From: Rikenellaceae bacterium DTU001
GTDB lineage: Bacteria > Bacteroidota > Bacteroidia > Bacteroidales > DTU049
Direction of reading: 5' to 3'
Length of the DNA: 55,962 nt
Assembly: GCA_001512885.1 (NCBI GenBank)
Contig: LFSZ01000097.1
Location: 872 to 56,833, forward strand
The position numbers and the translations under genes were made by a program. Shown here piece by piece: positions 31,331 through 41,198 of this stretch (position 1 is its first letter; every line of letters starts with the position of its first letter). The notes under the pieces were generated by a model, which saw nothing but the letters and a program-made list of their open reading frames with translations, ran no database searches and was not told the origin of the DNA.

Positions 31331-31514
31331 TTGTTATACTTTACGTATTTTATAACAAAAACATCAGATAAGCCTATTAATGATTTCAAGATTTGGTTAC
31401 GATGATTTAGAGGTGTAACTATCAGATATTTATGTATTCTTAGATAGATATGTACTAAATGAGCATTATGAGCTTGTAAATATGAAATATAATAAACTAC
31501 TTAAAGTATAACAA
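31331..31514. mobile_element. MITE derived from IS type A (non-autonomous, 184 bp)
   Basis: 31331-31354 (TTGTTATACTTTACGTATTTTATA) matches the inferred terminus of the window-edge IS (55627-55650) at 23/24. The reverse complement of 31489-31514 matches 31331-31356 at 22/26. No ORF lies between the repeats. Confidence 0.7.
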
Positions 31515-31753
31515 TCAGCAATTTCTCTTGATTAAAATAATTTCAATAAAAAACTATTAAAACAAATACGATTATTATAATTTTTTTTAAAGTAGCTTAA
31601 AAGATAAATTATAATATTTTCTGTTATTATTTTATTACTTACCAAATCAATAAATTTACAAAGTTTATTGATTTGAATGAATTTATAAATAGATTCTATG
31701 ATTTTTTTAAATCAAAAGTAAAAAAATGAATTTTTAGAACCCATCTGTAATTA

Positions 31754-32344
31754 TTATTTCTTTAAAATGTATTCTTTAGCAAAAGCTAATCCTTCTCTAA
31801 AAGCCTGAATATTTATATTTATTACATCTTCTCCTTTTCTAATAAATTGTTCTTTGATAGCATCTTCTAATTCTTTTGGTTCAAATCCGAGATAGTGAGT
31901 AGCTGCACCTATTAATACCATGTTAGAAGAGAGAGGGGCATTTAGTTTTTTAGCAATCTCATCAGCATTTATCAGGACATGATTTTTATATTTTTTTATT
32001 TCATTATATATTTGATCTATATCAGGATAATTAGGGATATTTTTGTAAGGTTCTGAATTTGTTATTATCCATCCGCTCTCATGTAAATATGGTAAGTAAC
32101 GTAAAGCTTCGAGTGGTTCAAGAGATAAAATCATATCAGCTTGTCCTTTAGGTATAATATCAGAAAAAATTGGAGAATCAGAAATTCTCAGATGAGACAT
32201 TACCTCACCACCTCTTTGAGACATACCATGCACTTCTGCTTGTTTAATATTCAAATTCTTTTTTAATGCAGCTAAACCAATAGTGGCAGCGATACTTAAT
32301 ATACCCTGTCCACCTACACCTGCTAAGATTATATCTTTTTTCAT
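31754..32344 (-). CDS. iorB: Indolepyruvate:ferredoxin oxidoreductase, beta subunit
   Basis: 196 aa. ILAGVGGQGILSIA, the gamma-domain-type motif of 2-oxoacid:ferredoxin oxidoreductases. It lies immediately downstream of the TPP subunit. Confidence 0.8.
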   Translation of the reverse strand: MKKDIILAGVGGQGILSIAATIGLAALKKNLNIKQAEVHGMSQRGGEVMSHLRISDSPIFSDIIPKGQADMILSLEPLEALRYLPYLHESGWIITNSEPYKNIPNYPDIDQIYNEIKKYKNHVLINADEIAKKLNAPLSSNMVLIGAATHYLGFEPKELEDAIKEQFIRKGEDVININIQAFREGLAFAKEYILKK

Positions 32345-32367
32345 AATTAAACTATTTTAAAAGTAAA

Positions 32368-33978
32368 CTATTTTTTTTCTTTAAATTTTTCTCTCATTCT
32401 GCGATTGAGAGTTTGGACGCATTCTCTACTAGAAATTATCACAGATAAACCTTGATATTCTAATTCTTCTCTTATGATTTTTACATTTTCTTGATGTTTA
32501 TTTTTCAAAGGTTTAATAATTTTTATATGTTCTGGGTCAACACCAATTCCAGAACAAATAGAAACTAATCTTTGATTGGCGTGAGAAGGTTGCCCTCCAG
32601 TCATTCCTGTAGTTAAATTGTCTAAAATCATTATGGTGATAGGTGCATTATAAACTACTGCGTCAAGCAAACCACTCATACCACTATGTGCAAAAGTGCT
32701 ATCACCTATTACAGCTACCGATGGTCTCAGTCCCATATCAGAAGCAGTTCTAGCCATAGAAATAGAAGCACCCATATCTACACAAGAATTGATAGCTTCG
32801 AACGGTGGCATTGCTCCTAAAGTATAGCAACCTATATCACTAAAAACTCTACCTTTTGAATAATCTTTTAAAGCTTCATTAAGAGCATTATAAGAATCTA
32901 TATGAGAACATCCAGGACAAAATGAAGGTGGTCTACCTACTACAAAACTAGGTACTTCCCTGCCTTCTATATTGGGTAAACCTAATGCTTGAGCTATTAT
33001 ATTTGGATTAAGCTCCCCTTCTTTTGGTAGTAAACCTGTTAATTTACCCTCTAACTTGAGATCATCACATAAAAAACTTGTAATCATTTTTTCAATAAAT
33101 GGATAGCCTTCTTCTATAACTATTAATTTGTCAACCTCATCATACAATTTTTTAATCATTTTTTGAGGTAAAGGATACTGAGATATTTTTATTAATGGAT
33201 AAGGACTATTACCATTAAAATTTTCCATTACATAATTAAAAGCAATTCCAGATGCAATGATGCCAATAGATTTATCATTGCCTTTTATATACTGATTAAA
33301 TTTTGAATTTTCGCTCTCTTGTAATAATAAAGGTTGTAATGATAAAAGATGCGACCATCTTTTACGAGCAATAGCTGGTAAAAGGATATATTGTTTTAAA
33401 TCTTTAGGAAGGGAAATTTGATTTTGTGGTAATTGAGATTTACGAGAAACTCCAGCTCTCGAATGAGCTATTCTAGTAGTTATACGTAATAAAACGGGTA
33501 AATGAAATTTTTCACTAAGTTCAAATGCATAATAGCACATATCATAAGCTTCTTGTTGATTAGAAGGTTCTAAAATTGGCACATGAGCAAAATCACCATA
33601 AAAACGATTATCTTGTTCATTTTGCGAAGAATGCATAGATGGATCATCAGCTGTAACTACAACCATACCGCCATTAGCACCCGTAATAGCAGAATTGATA
33701 AAAGCATCTGCAGCTACATTTAGTCCGACATGTTTCATGCAAACTATTGATCTTTTACCTACATAACTGACTCCTAAAGCTGACTCCATCGCAGTTTTTT
33801 CATTAGTTGTCCATTCAGATACTATGCCTTTGTCTTTTGCTTCTTTACTATTAATTATAAATTCTAAAATCTCAGATGAAGGTGTGCCTGGATATGCATA
33901 GGCTCCCGAGATGCCTGCATCTATTGCAGCCTGAGCAATAGCTTCATCTCCTAGTAACAATAATTTATTAGATACCAT
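32368..33978 (-). CDS. iorA: Indolepyruvate:ferredoxin oxidoreductase, alpha (TPP-binding) subunit
   Basis: 536 aa. N-terminal pyrimidine-binding domain (GNEAIAQAA-like LLGDEAIAQAAIDAG), C-terminal TPP motif GDSTFAHSG...DN, CPGC block. No obvious 2x[4Fe-4S] CxxCxxCxxxC insert. Confidence 0.8.
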   Translation of the reverse strand: MVSNKLLLLGDEAIAQAAIDAGISGAYAYPGTPSSEILEFIINSKEAKDKGIVSEWTTNEKTAMESALGVSYVGKRSIVCMKHVGLNVAADAFINSAITGANGGMVVVTADDPSMHSSQNEQDNRFYGDFAHVPILEPSNQQEAYDMCYYAFELSEKFHLPVLLRITTRIAHSRAGVSRKSQLPQNQISLPKDLKQYILLPAIARKRWSHLLSLQPLLLQESENSKFNQYIKGNDKSIGIIASGIAFNYVMENFNGNSPYPLIKISQYPLPQKMIKKLYDEVDKLIVIEEGYPFIEKMITSFLCDDLKLEGKLTGLLPKEGELNPNIIAQALGLPNIEGREVPSFVVGRPPSFCPGCSHIDSYNALNEALKDYSKGRVFSDIGCYTLGAMPPFEAINSCVDMGASISMARTASDMGLRPSVAVIGDSTFAHSGMSGLLDAVVYNAPITIMILDNLTTGMTGGQPSHANQRLVSICSGIGVDPEHIKIIKPLKNKHQENVKIIREELEYQGLSVIISSRECVQTLNRRMREKFKEKK

Positions 33979-34300
33979 ATTTTTTGCACAAAGATAATAT
34001 TTAAAATTTATTATAACAAATCAATTTATAAGTTTTATACAATCGCATAGATTTTTCTTATTAATAATAAAAAAAAGAGCTTATTCAGATAAAGTGTAAA
34101 AAAGTAAACCGTTTTATTAAAATTAAAGTAATAAATTCAAATGTTTACATTATCAAGCATTATAACTTGACAAATAATAATATACTTGATTTATCACATT
34201 TCAATGTGTCTATATTTATCTAGAATATTTTTTTATTAATGTTAATAAAAATAAGTTTATTGATAATTAAATAAGTAATTAGCAATTGATAAAAATTTTC

Positions 34301-34308
34301 TACTTTTG
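34301..34308 (+). promoter_or_regulatory. Bacteroidota -7 promoter box (TACTTTTG)
   Basis: Exact TAnnTTTG, 24 nt upstream of ATG 34332. Confidence 0.45.
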
Positions 34309-34331
34309 CTTTATGACTTTTCTCACAAGTA

Positions 34332-35360
34332 ATGACAAAAATAAATAATAAAAAAAGATTTAATATTTTATTAACTCTTTTTTTTATAATTATCATTATA
34401 TCTTTCTTAACTCCGATAATTGCTCCTGATAAATCATATTTTGCTAATCAGCAGCACCCCGAATTAGCATATTTACCAATGGGCACCAAGGTTACTTTTT
34501 TAATTAAAAAAAATGAAAGCGAAAGTTTTTTTTTAAAAAAATTATTGTTTGGTAGCAATGATTATGAAGAAATGATAAGTATACAATCCTATAAATTAAT
34601 TGAAAATCAATTAAATATAATAACATACAAGGAAAAAGAAATAAAATCACTTGAATGGAACCCTGAATTTATGAAAATAAAAGAAATAAAATTTTGGTTC
34701 GGTACAGATAGATTAGGCAGAGATGTTCTCAGTAGAATAATGTGGGGTGCCCGCATTAGTTTATTAGTTGGAATAATATCTACCATAATTTCTATAATTT
34801 TAGGTGTTTTGATGGGAGTAATAGCGGGCTTTTATAGTGGATGGGTGGATAAACTTGTGATGTTTTTTGTAACTGTTTTATGGTCTATTCCAAGTATCTT
34901 AATTGCTATGGCTATATCATTTGCTCTTGGTAAAGGCTTTACTCCTGTGTTTTTAGCCATAGGTTTCACTCTATGGATGGATATAGCTCGTATTGTTAGG
35001 GGGCAGGTAATATCATTAAAACAAGAAGATTATATTAATGGTTTAAAAACTTTAGGGTTTTCAAATAGTTATATTCTTTTTCATTGTATTATTCCTTCAT
35101 TGAATGGCATCATTACTATATTAGCAGCATCTAACTTGTCCACAGCATTATTATTAGAATCGGGATTAAGCTTTTTAGGTATTGGTATACAACCACCAAT
35201 GATTTCTTGGGGAGCAATGATTCAGGAATATTTCGGACATTTATTATTGCCTACTTATCATTTAGCATTGATACCAGGTTTGTGCCTTACTATAATAATT
35301 TTATTAACAATGGTGTTGGGTAATACTCTTAGAGATATATTAGATATTAAATCTATTTAA
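34332..35360 (+). CDS. ABC transporter permease, OppC/DppC-type
   Basis: 342 aa. N-terminal anchor plus an extracytoplasmic segment, then a BPD_transp_1 core with LGTDRLGRDVLSR and the EAA-like loop (..EDYINGLKTLGFSN..). Confidence 0.8.
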   Translation: MTKINNKKRFNILLTLFFIIIIISFLTPIIAPDKSYFANQQHPELAYLPMGTKVTFLIKKNESESFFLKKLLFGSNDYEEMISIQSYKLIENQLNIITYKEKEIKSLEWNPEFMKIKEIKFWFGTDRLGRDVLSRIMWGARISLLVGIISTIISIILGVLMGVIAGFYSGWVDKLVMFFVTVLWSIPSILIAMAISFALGKGFTPVFLAIGFTLWMDIARIVRGQVISLKQEDYINGLKTLGFSNSYILFHCIIPSLNGIITILAASNLSTALLLESGLSFLGIGIQPPMISWGAMIQEYFGHLLLPTYHLALIPGLCLTIIILLTMVLGNTLRDILDIKSI

Positions 35361-35361
35361 A

Positions 35362-35406
35362 AGAAAAGTGAGCTTTTTAATAAAAGCTCACTTTTCTTTT
35401 TTTTTT
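35362..35406. terminator. Bidirectional intrinsic terminator between convergent genes
   Basis: Perfect 15-bp stem, AGAAAAGTGAGCTTT (35362-35376) with AAAGCTCACTTTTCT (35383-35397), and a 6-nt loop. A T-run follows on the + strand and an A-rich tract precedes it (a T-run on the - strand). Confidence 0.8.
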
Positions 35407-35424
35407 GAATTTTTTTTGAATTCT

Positions 35425-37137
35425 TTAATATATATTTATAGGTTTTCTTGTTTTAAATCCGCTTATTGTTTCTACTTCGATAATGTAAATCCCAGGATTA
35501 ATGTTATCTATATTTATCTGTATTTTTGACTGAGATTCATAATTTTGTTCAAATATAGATTGTCCTAAATTATTAAAGATATTAACATTTATAATTTTTT
35601 CATTAGTTTCTACAAAAATTATATCAGAGGCGGGATTAGGGTATATTGATAAATTAATATTATCAATTAAATTGATAGCATCTCCAGATTCATAGCTTAT
35701 TTTGAAACCATAATCGCGAAGTGTTTCATTAGAATAAAATTGAATATAAACAGATGGAGACATGATGTAGTAAATATTAGGTGATGGTAATGTATGACCA
35801 GTAAGGTATGCTATTAGTGGGCCAGTAGAAGATTCACCTGCACGTATAACTACATAATCTGATTCTTCTTCTAGAGCCAGTTCTTCCACTTTCAATACTA
35901 TGGATGCAGGTTGTGATTCTGGTTTAATAATCCATGAACATGATGAATTATTACCATATCGAGCCTCACCACTCCCATCTTCTATTACGCCACTTTCGTC
36001 CGTAAGAATCGTCAATTCATCGCAATATACTTGATCATCCTCTGCGGGTTCTACACCAATAATAATATCTTGTCCATTGGTAAAATCATTACCACCTGGT
36101 TTTAAATTATTTAAATAAAAATAACCATTTAAATAACCACCCCATCCCCAATTAAAATGGAAATGAGTAGGTCCATCATATCCATCACATACAAAAGCAT
36201 GTCCCGCTTCACCAGGTAAACCGCCACCAGAATAATAAATAGGCCTACCTGCATCTATTTCTATTTTTAAAATTGATCCCCATCCATCATCATCCATACT
36301 GCCTCTAGATACATATTGTACATAATCAGGATATTTAAAGTAATTTTGAAAAGCTAGAGCTGCTTTAGAAGATTGAGCACCACTTCCATCAGGTCCATAG
36401 CCCATCTCTACAGTAATTCCACAATGATAAAGTAGTTTTGCTGTAGGTATACTATCTACGTGAGCATTTAGTTGATTTGGCATATCATCATAATCATAAG
36501 TAACTGTATCAAGTTTTACTGTTAAGGTTCCATAACTTGATGCATACGATGGTGTACCTATCCCAGAGGTAGGATATTTATGATATCTCATTATTTGTCC
36601 CATAGAAGTAGCCACACAACCAGCCCATACATGACCACAAGGACCATTAGGATCTACGGGGCATAAGGCATTATAATAGCATCCTTGATCCCATATAGTT
36701 GATAATAGTGGACCTACAGCTTGTATATCCTTAGTTTCTGGATGCCCGATTTTTAATGTATTATGCCAAGCTTCTTTAAATCTTTCAGTTGCGTCAGGAT
36801 CTAAGATAGCCATTTTTGCTTGACTTTCTATTCCATTTAAATACCATTCTACTGGAGGTGTGATATAATTCGCATCAAATCCACTCTCAGTAGAGTATGC
36901 CAAAATAGGATATATTTGTTTATAACCTCCAATAATTATAAAAGCATTATTTGCCTCATTAATAAATACATAATAATAAGGTGTACTGTGTGCTAAAATA
37001 ATTGATTCTTTAAAAATTTTTTTGGTGTTTTCAAAGTTTTTAGCAACATTTATAGCCTCGTCTATTTCTACTTTTTGTGACCATAAAAAAGTTATGCTAC
37101 ATAAAGATATCAATAATCCTAAAATAAACTTTTTCAT
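35425..37137 (-). CDS. Secreted C10-family (streptopain-like) cysteine peptidase with CUB-like domain and T9SS sorting domain
   Basis: 570 aa with a signal peptide and an N-terminal Spi-inhibitor-like propeptide. Catalytic blocks WAGCVATSMGQIMRYH (Cys) and GHAFVCDGYD (His), then FHFNWGWGG. A C-rich CUB-like module follows (CDELTIL..SCSWII). The CTD reads IYPNPASDIIFV...GIYIIEV. Confidence 0.8.
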   Translation of the reverse strand: MKKFILGLLISLCSITFLWSQKVEIDEAINVAKNFENTKKIFKESIILAHSTPYYYVFINEANNAFIIIGGYKQIYPILAYSTESGFDANYITPPVEWYLNGIESQAKMAILDPDATERFKEAWHNTLKIGHPETKDIQAVGPLLSTIWDQGCYYNALCPVDPNGPCGHVWAGCVATSMGQIMRYHKYPTSGIGTPSYASSYGTLTVKLDTVTYDYDDMPNQLNAHVDSIPTAKLLYHCGITVEMGYGPDGSGAQSSKAALAFQNYFKYPDYVQYVSRGSMDDDGWGSILKIEIDAGRPIYYSGGGLPGEAGHAFVCDGYDGPTHFHFNWGWGGYLNGYFYLNNLKPGGNDFTNGQDIIIGVEPAEDDQVYCDELTILTDESGVIEDGSGEARYGNNSSCSWIIKPESQPASIVLKVEELALEEESDYVVIRAGESSTGPLIAYLTGHTLPSPNIYYIMSPSVYIQFYSNETLRDYGFKISYESGDAINLIDNINLSIYPNPASDIIFVETNEKIINVNIFNNLGQSIFEQNYESQSKIQINIDNINPGIYIIEVETISGFKTRKPINIY

Positions 37138-37283
37138 ATTTTTTATATTTTTAAATTTTTGCTATGCAAAAGTAAAAAATATTTTAAAACAAGCAAAATT
37201 TTAATAATATATAATTATTTTTGAGATTTAATTTGTTATTACAAAAATTATTACGAATTTTGTCAAGTTAAAAACTAAGTGTT

Positions 37284-38450
37284 ATGAAAATAAATTCAAT
37301 TTTAGTACATGGGGGAGACATCGAAGACGAATTAGGTAGTGTAATTACCCCGATTTATCAGACATCTACGTTTAAGTTTAAAGATGCTAAACAAGGTGCT
37401 GATCGCTTTGCTGGAAAAGAATCTGGTTATATTTATACTAGATTAGGCAATCCTACTATCAGAGCTTTAGAAAAAAAATTGGCTTTGCTAGAACATGGAT
37501 ATGATGCACTAGCTTGCTCATCTGGTATGGCAGCTGTTAATACTACATTATTAGGTTTATTAAAAAGTGGAGACCATATCATAAGTACTAATGCTATTTA
37601 TGGTTGTACTTTTGGTGTTCTTACTGAAAGTTACATGAAATTTGGTGTCGAAATTTCTTTTGTTGATACTAGCGATTTAGCATTAATAGAGAAGAATATT
37701 AAACCCAATACTCGTTTAATATATATTGAGACGCCAGCTAACCCAACTATGAAAATATCTGATATAGAAGCAATAAGTAAACTTGCTAAACAACATAATC
37801 TTTATACTGTGGTAGATAATACTTTTGCTTCTCCCATTTTACAAAATCCTTTAGATCTTGGAGCTGATGTAGTAGTACATTCTCTCACTAAATATATAAA
37901 TGGTCATGCCGATATTGTAGGTGGCGCAGTTATCACTAAGACCCAAGAACTTTATAATATTTTATATGAAACATTCAAAAATATGGGGTTCAATATGGAT
38001 CCACATCAAGCTTATTTAGTAACTAGGGGTGCTAAAACTCTAAATTTGAGAGTACTAAAATCGCAAGAAAGTGCTCAAATAATAGCTGAATATCTCGAAA
38101 AACACCCTAAAGTGGACTCCGTAGCTTACCCTGGTTTGCCATCAAATCCTCAATATGATTTAATTAAAAAACAAATGAAAGGTCCAGGCAGTATGATCAG
38201 TTTTGAACTAAAAGGTGGCTATGAAGCTGGTTTCAAATTGATGAATTCTGTCAAATTAATTGCATTAGCTGTATCACTCGGTGGTATAGAGAGCCTGATA
38301 CAGCACCCAGCTTCTATGACTCACTCACATGTATCAGAAGAAGCTAAAAAAGCCGCTTTCATTACAGATGGACTTGTACGTCTTTCTGTAGGCATAGAAG
38401 ATATTGAGGATTTATTAGAAGATCTCGATCAAGCACTTAATCAAATTTGA
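37284..38450 (+). CDS. Cys/Met-metabolism PLP enzyme, methionine gamma-lyase-like
   Basis: 388 aa. YTRLGNPT, DNTFASP and the PLP-lysine block HSLTKYINGH. MGL versus cystathionine gamma-synthase/lyase cannot be resolved by eye. Confidence 0.7.
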   Translation: MKINSILVHGGDIEDELGSVITPIYQTSTFKFKDAKQGADRFAGKESGYIYTRLGNPTIRALEKKLALLEHGYDALACSSGMAAVNTTLLGLLKSGDHIISTNAIYGCTFGVLTESYMKFGVEISFVDTSDLALIEKNIKPNTRLIYIETPANPTMKISDIEAISKLAKQHNLYTVVDNTFASPILQNPLDLGADVVVHSLTKYINGHADIVGGAVITKTQELYNILYETFKNMGFNMDPHQAYLVTRGAKTLNLRVLKSQESAQIIAEYLEKHPKVDSVAYPGLPSNPQYDLIKKQMKGPGSMISFELKGGYEAGFKLMNSVKLIALAVSLGGIESLIQHPASMTHSHVSEEAKKAAFITDGLVRLSVGIEDIEDLLEDLDQALNQI

Positions 38451-38843
38451 TATATTTTGCTTTTTTGATGAGAATTATGAGTTAATACCTGAATCAGTAA
38501 TATAAATGTATTGAAAGCATCTTTGCTTCTATAGGTTTATGTGACAATAAATGCGTTGCTGCTAAATTGATGCTATTATTTTTCTTAAATTTAAATATTC
38601 TATATTTTTGCAGCTTTTATGTACTATTTAGCAAACTCACTTCTGGTTTTTCATTTCTTTGTCTTCTGAGTACTTTGATATCAGATTTTTTATTATTTGT
38701 AATTAAATACTGTACTTAGAATAATGCGACTTTTATTATTTTAAGTATTTATAATATTTTTTGTTTATTAGGTCAACTTATCTCATGCTTTTGCAAATAG
38801 GGATAATTATTATATTTTTGTAAAAAAAGCACAATATTAATAT

Positions 38844-40064
38844 ATGATACTAAATAAAGTAATTAACGATCCAATATATGAATTCATACCTATTCCAGAT
38901 GAAATAATATTGTCTCTAATCGATCATCCATATTTTCAAAGATTGACGAGGATAAAACAATTAGGATTTTCTTATTTGGTATTTCCAGGAGCTCATCATA
39001 CTAGATTTAGTCATAGTTTGGGAGCTATGTATCTGATGCAGAGAGCTTTGACTCAATTAAAATATCAAGGCATTAATATAGATGATACATTGTATTTAGC
39101 TAGTTTGATAGCTATTCTTTTACACGATTTAGGACATGGACCTTTTTCTCATACATTAGAAGCATTATTGGCAGATAATGTGACGCACGAAACTATTACA
39201 AATACAGCAATGCTAGAATTGGAGAAAACTTATGGAGAAATTATGCAAATAGCAAGACAGATATTCAATGATGTTTATCCAATAAAATTTTATCATCAAT
39301 TAGTATCGAGCCAATTAGATATGGATAGATTAGATTATCTGACGCGAGATAGCTTTTATACTGGTGTGAGTGAAGGAATAATAAATACCCAGAGAATCAT
39401 CCATATGCTAACACTCACCCCTAATGGAGATCTTGGTGTATTGGCTAAAGGCGTTTATTCTATCGAAAAATTTTTAATTGCTCGACGCATAATGTATTGG
39501 CAGGTATATTATCACAAAACTACAATGGCGGCAGATGAGATGTTATATCAAGTAATAAGAAGAGCAAAATTTTTAACTAAAAATGGAACCACAGTAAATG
39601 CTACTGAACCTTTAGAATATTTCTTAAAATACAATAAAACTGAATTTACCAATGATGATTTAAAAGTTTTTATGCTTTTAGATGATTATGATGTTATGAC
39701 AGCATTAAAAATGTGGACACAACATGATGATAAAATATTAAGACTTTTGTCATCTAAATTATTAAATCGCAATCTTTTTAGATGTTTAATATTGAATGAT
39801 ATGCCATCTGATAAAAATATTAATGAGATAGAAAAGAAAATTTTAAAAAAATTTGCAATTGACCGAGATGATTTATCTTTTTTAATGAATATAAGACCAA
39901 TAGAAAATTTATCATACTCTTTGCAAGACAATCAAATTAATTTAGTGTACAAAAATAGTGAAATAAAGGATATATCTCAAGTTTCTAATCAACTAAATTT
40001 GGATGTATTGTCAATGGATACAACAAAATATTTTTTGCTTTATCCTAAAGAAATCGAAAAATAA
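38844..40064 (+). CDS. HD-domain phosphohydrolase (dNTP triphosphohydrolase-like)
   Basis: 406 aa. HTRFSHSLG, LLHDLGHGPFSH and DMDRLDYLTRDSFYTG, the motif set of SAMHD1/EF1143-type HD proteins. Confidence 0.8.
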   Translation: MILNKVINDPIYEFIPIPDEIILSLIDHPYFQRLTRIKQLGFSYLVFPGAHHTRFSHSLGAMYLMQRALTQLKYQGINIDDTLYLASLIAILLHDLGHGPFSHTLEALLADNVTHETITNTAMLELEKTYGEIMQIARQIFNDVYPIKFYHQLVSSQLDMDRLDYLTRDSFYTGVSEGIINTQRIIHMLTLTPNGDLGVLAKGVYSIEKFLIARRIMYWQVYYHKTTMAADEMLYQVIRRAKFLTKNGTTVNATEPLEYFLKYNKTEFTNDDLKVFMLLDDYDVMTALKMWTQHDDKILRLLSSKLLNRNLFRCLILNDMPSDKNINEIEKKILKKFAIDRDDLSFLMNIRPIENLSYSLQDNQINLVYKNSEIKDISQVSNQLNLDVLSMDTTKYFLLYPKEIEK

Positions 40065-40080
40065 AAATTTAAGTTGATAG

Positions 40081-40122
40081 ATATTTTAATATTTCATATT
40101 TTAAAATGAAATATTAAAATAT
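40081..40122 (+). terminator. AT-only perfect hairpin downstream of the HD gene (weak terminator candidate)
   Basis: 17-bp perfect stem, ATATTTTAATATTTCAT (40081-40097) with ATGAAATATTAAAATAT (40106-40122). There is no trailing T-run, so its function is uncertain. Confidence 0.3.
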
Positions 40123-40264
40123 GTAAATTAAGGTTATAGCCTTCAAAATGAGATATCTTTGAGATTTTTATATTCTTTTATATGATAAAATGTGCTAAAT
40201 GTAATTTGCTTATATTTAATATAAAAAATCTTATTTTTTAATGGATTTTTAAAAAATAATTATC

Positions 40265-40272
40265 TATTTTTG
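40265..40272 (+). promoter_or_regulatory. Bacteroidota -7 promoter box (TATTTTTG)
   Basis: Exact TAnnTTTG, 12 nt upstream of ATG 40284 (ptb-buk operon). Confidence 0.45.
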
Positions 40273-40283
40273 CAAAAAAAATT

Positions 40284-41192
40284 ATGTCTATAAAAAAATT
40301 AGAAGAAATTGTTAAAACGGTACAAAATCAAAAGTCCAAGAGGCTTGTAGTAGCTTTTGCTAATGATATTCATACATTAGAAGCAGTAAATACTGCATAT
40401 AAACTAGGATTCATTGAACCAATATTAGTAGGTGATGAGAAAAACATTAAAGAACTAGCTAATCAAAAAAATATTGATATTTCAAAATATAAAATTATTC
40501 AAGAGTCTAATGATATGAATGCTGCTCGCAAAGCAGTAGAACTTATTAGAAATGGCGATGCAGATGTATTAATGAAGGGTACGGTAACCTCAGATAAATA
40601 TGCTAAAGCAATATTAGATAAAGAGCGAGGCATTATGCCTCCCAAGGGTGTTTTAAGCCACGTTACAGTTATAGAAATTCCTACTTATCATAAACTATTA
40701 TTAGTTAGTGATGTAGCTATTATTCCTACTCCTACACTAGATCAAAAAGTAGCTATGGCTAATTATTTAATTCGAGTAGCTCATAAGTTAGGTATAGAAA
40801 AACCTAAAATTGCTGTAATCGCGCCTTCTGAGCAGGTGCTTCCAGCTATACCATCTTGTGCTGAAGCTGCTATTTTAAGCAAAATGGGAGATCGCAATCA
40901 AATAAAAGGTGCATTAATAGATGGGCCAATGGCATTAGATGTAGCTATTGATAAAGAAAGTGTAGAAATTAAAAAAATAGAAAGCTCAGTAGCAGGTGAT
41001 GCAGATTGTTTATTATTTCCCTGTATAGAATCTGCGAATACATTTTTTAAAGCTTGTACTAAAATCGCTCGTGGTGAATTAGCTGCTAATGTGATGGGAG
41101 CTAGTGCCCCTGCTATATTAACCTCTCGCGGTGATAGTAGCTTGACAAAGACATACTCTATTGCTTTAGCTTGTTTGATGGCAGAAAAATAA
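40284..41192 (+). CDS. ptb: Phosphate butyryltransferase
   Basis: 302 aa PTA_PTB-fold protein (short form, without the Pta N-terminal domains). The buk gene follows 6 nt downstream. Confidence 0.8.
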   Translation: MSIKKLEEIVKTVQNQKSKRLVVAFANDIHTLEAVNTAYKLGFIEPILVGDEKNIKELANQKNIDISKYKIIQESNDMNAARKAVELIRNGDADVLMKGTVTSDKYAKAILDKERGIMPPKGVLSHVTVIEIPTYHKLLLVSDVAIIPTPTLDQKVAMANYLIRVAHKLGIEKPKIAVIAPSEQVLPAIPSCAEAAILSKMGDRNQIKGALIDGPMALDVAIDKESVEIKKIESSVAGDADCLLFPCIESANTFFKACTKIARGELAANVMGASAPAILTSRGDSSLTKTYSIALACLMAEK

Positions 41193-41198
41193 TCATTT

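Noticed and set aside
38522-38690. Possible decayed second copy of the 19822-20111 element (shared TTTGCTTCTATA..GTTTAT..GTG start; CTTTG units at 38657 and 38673)
   Set aside because: Beyond the first ~22 nt the interior does not align. The CAAAG-type units are too few and too degenerate, and no matching right terminus is present, so the evidence is insufficient.
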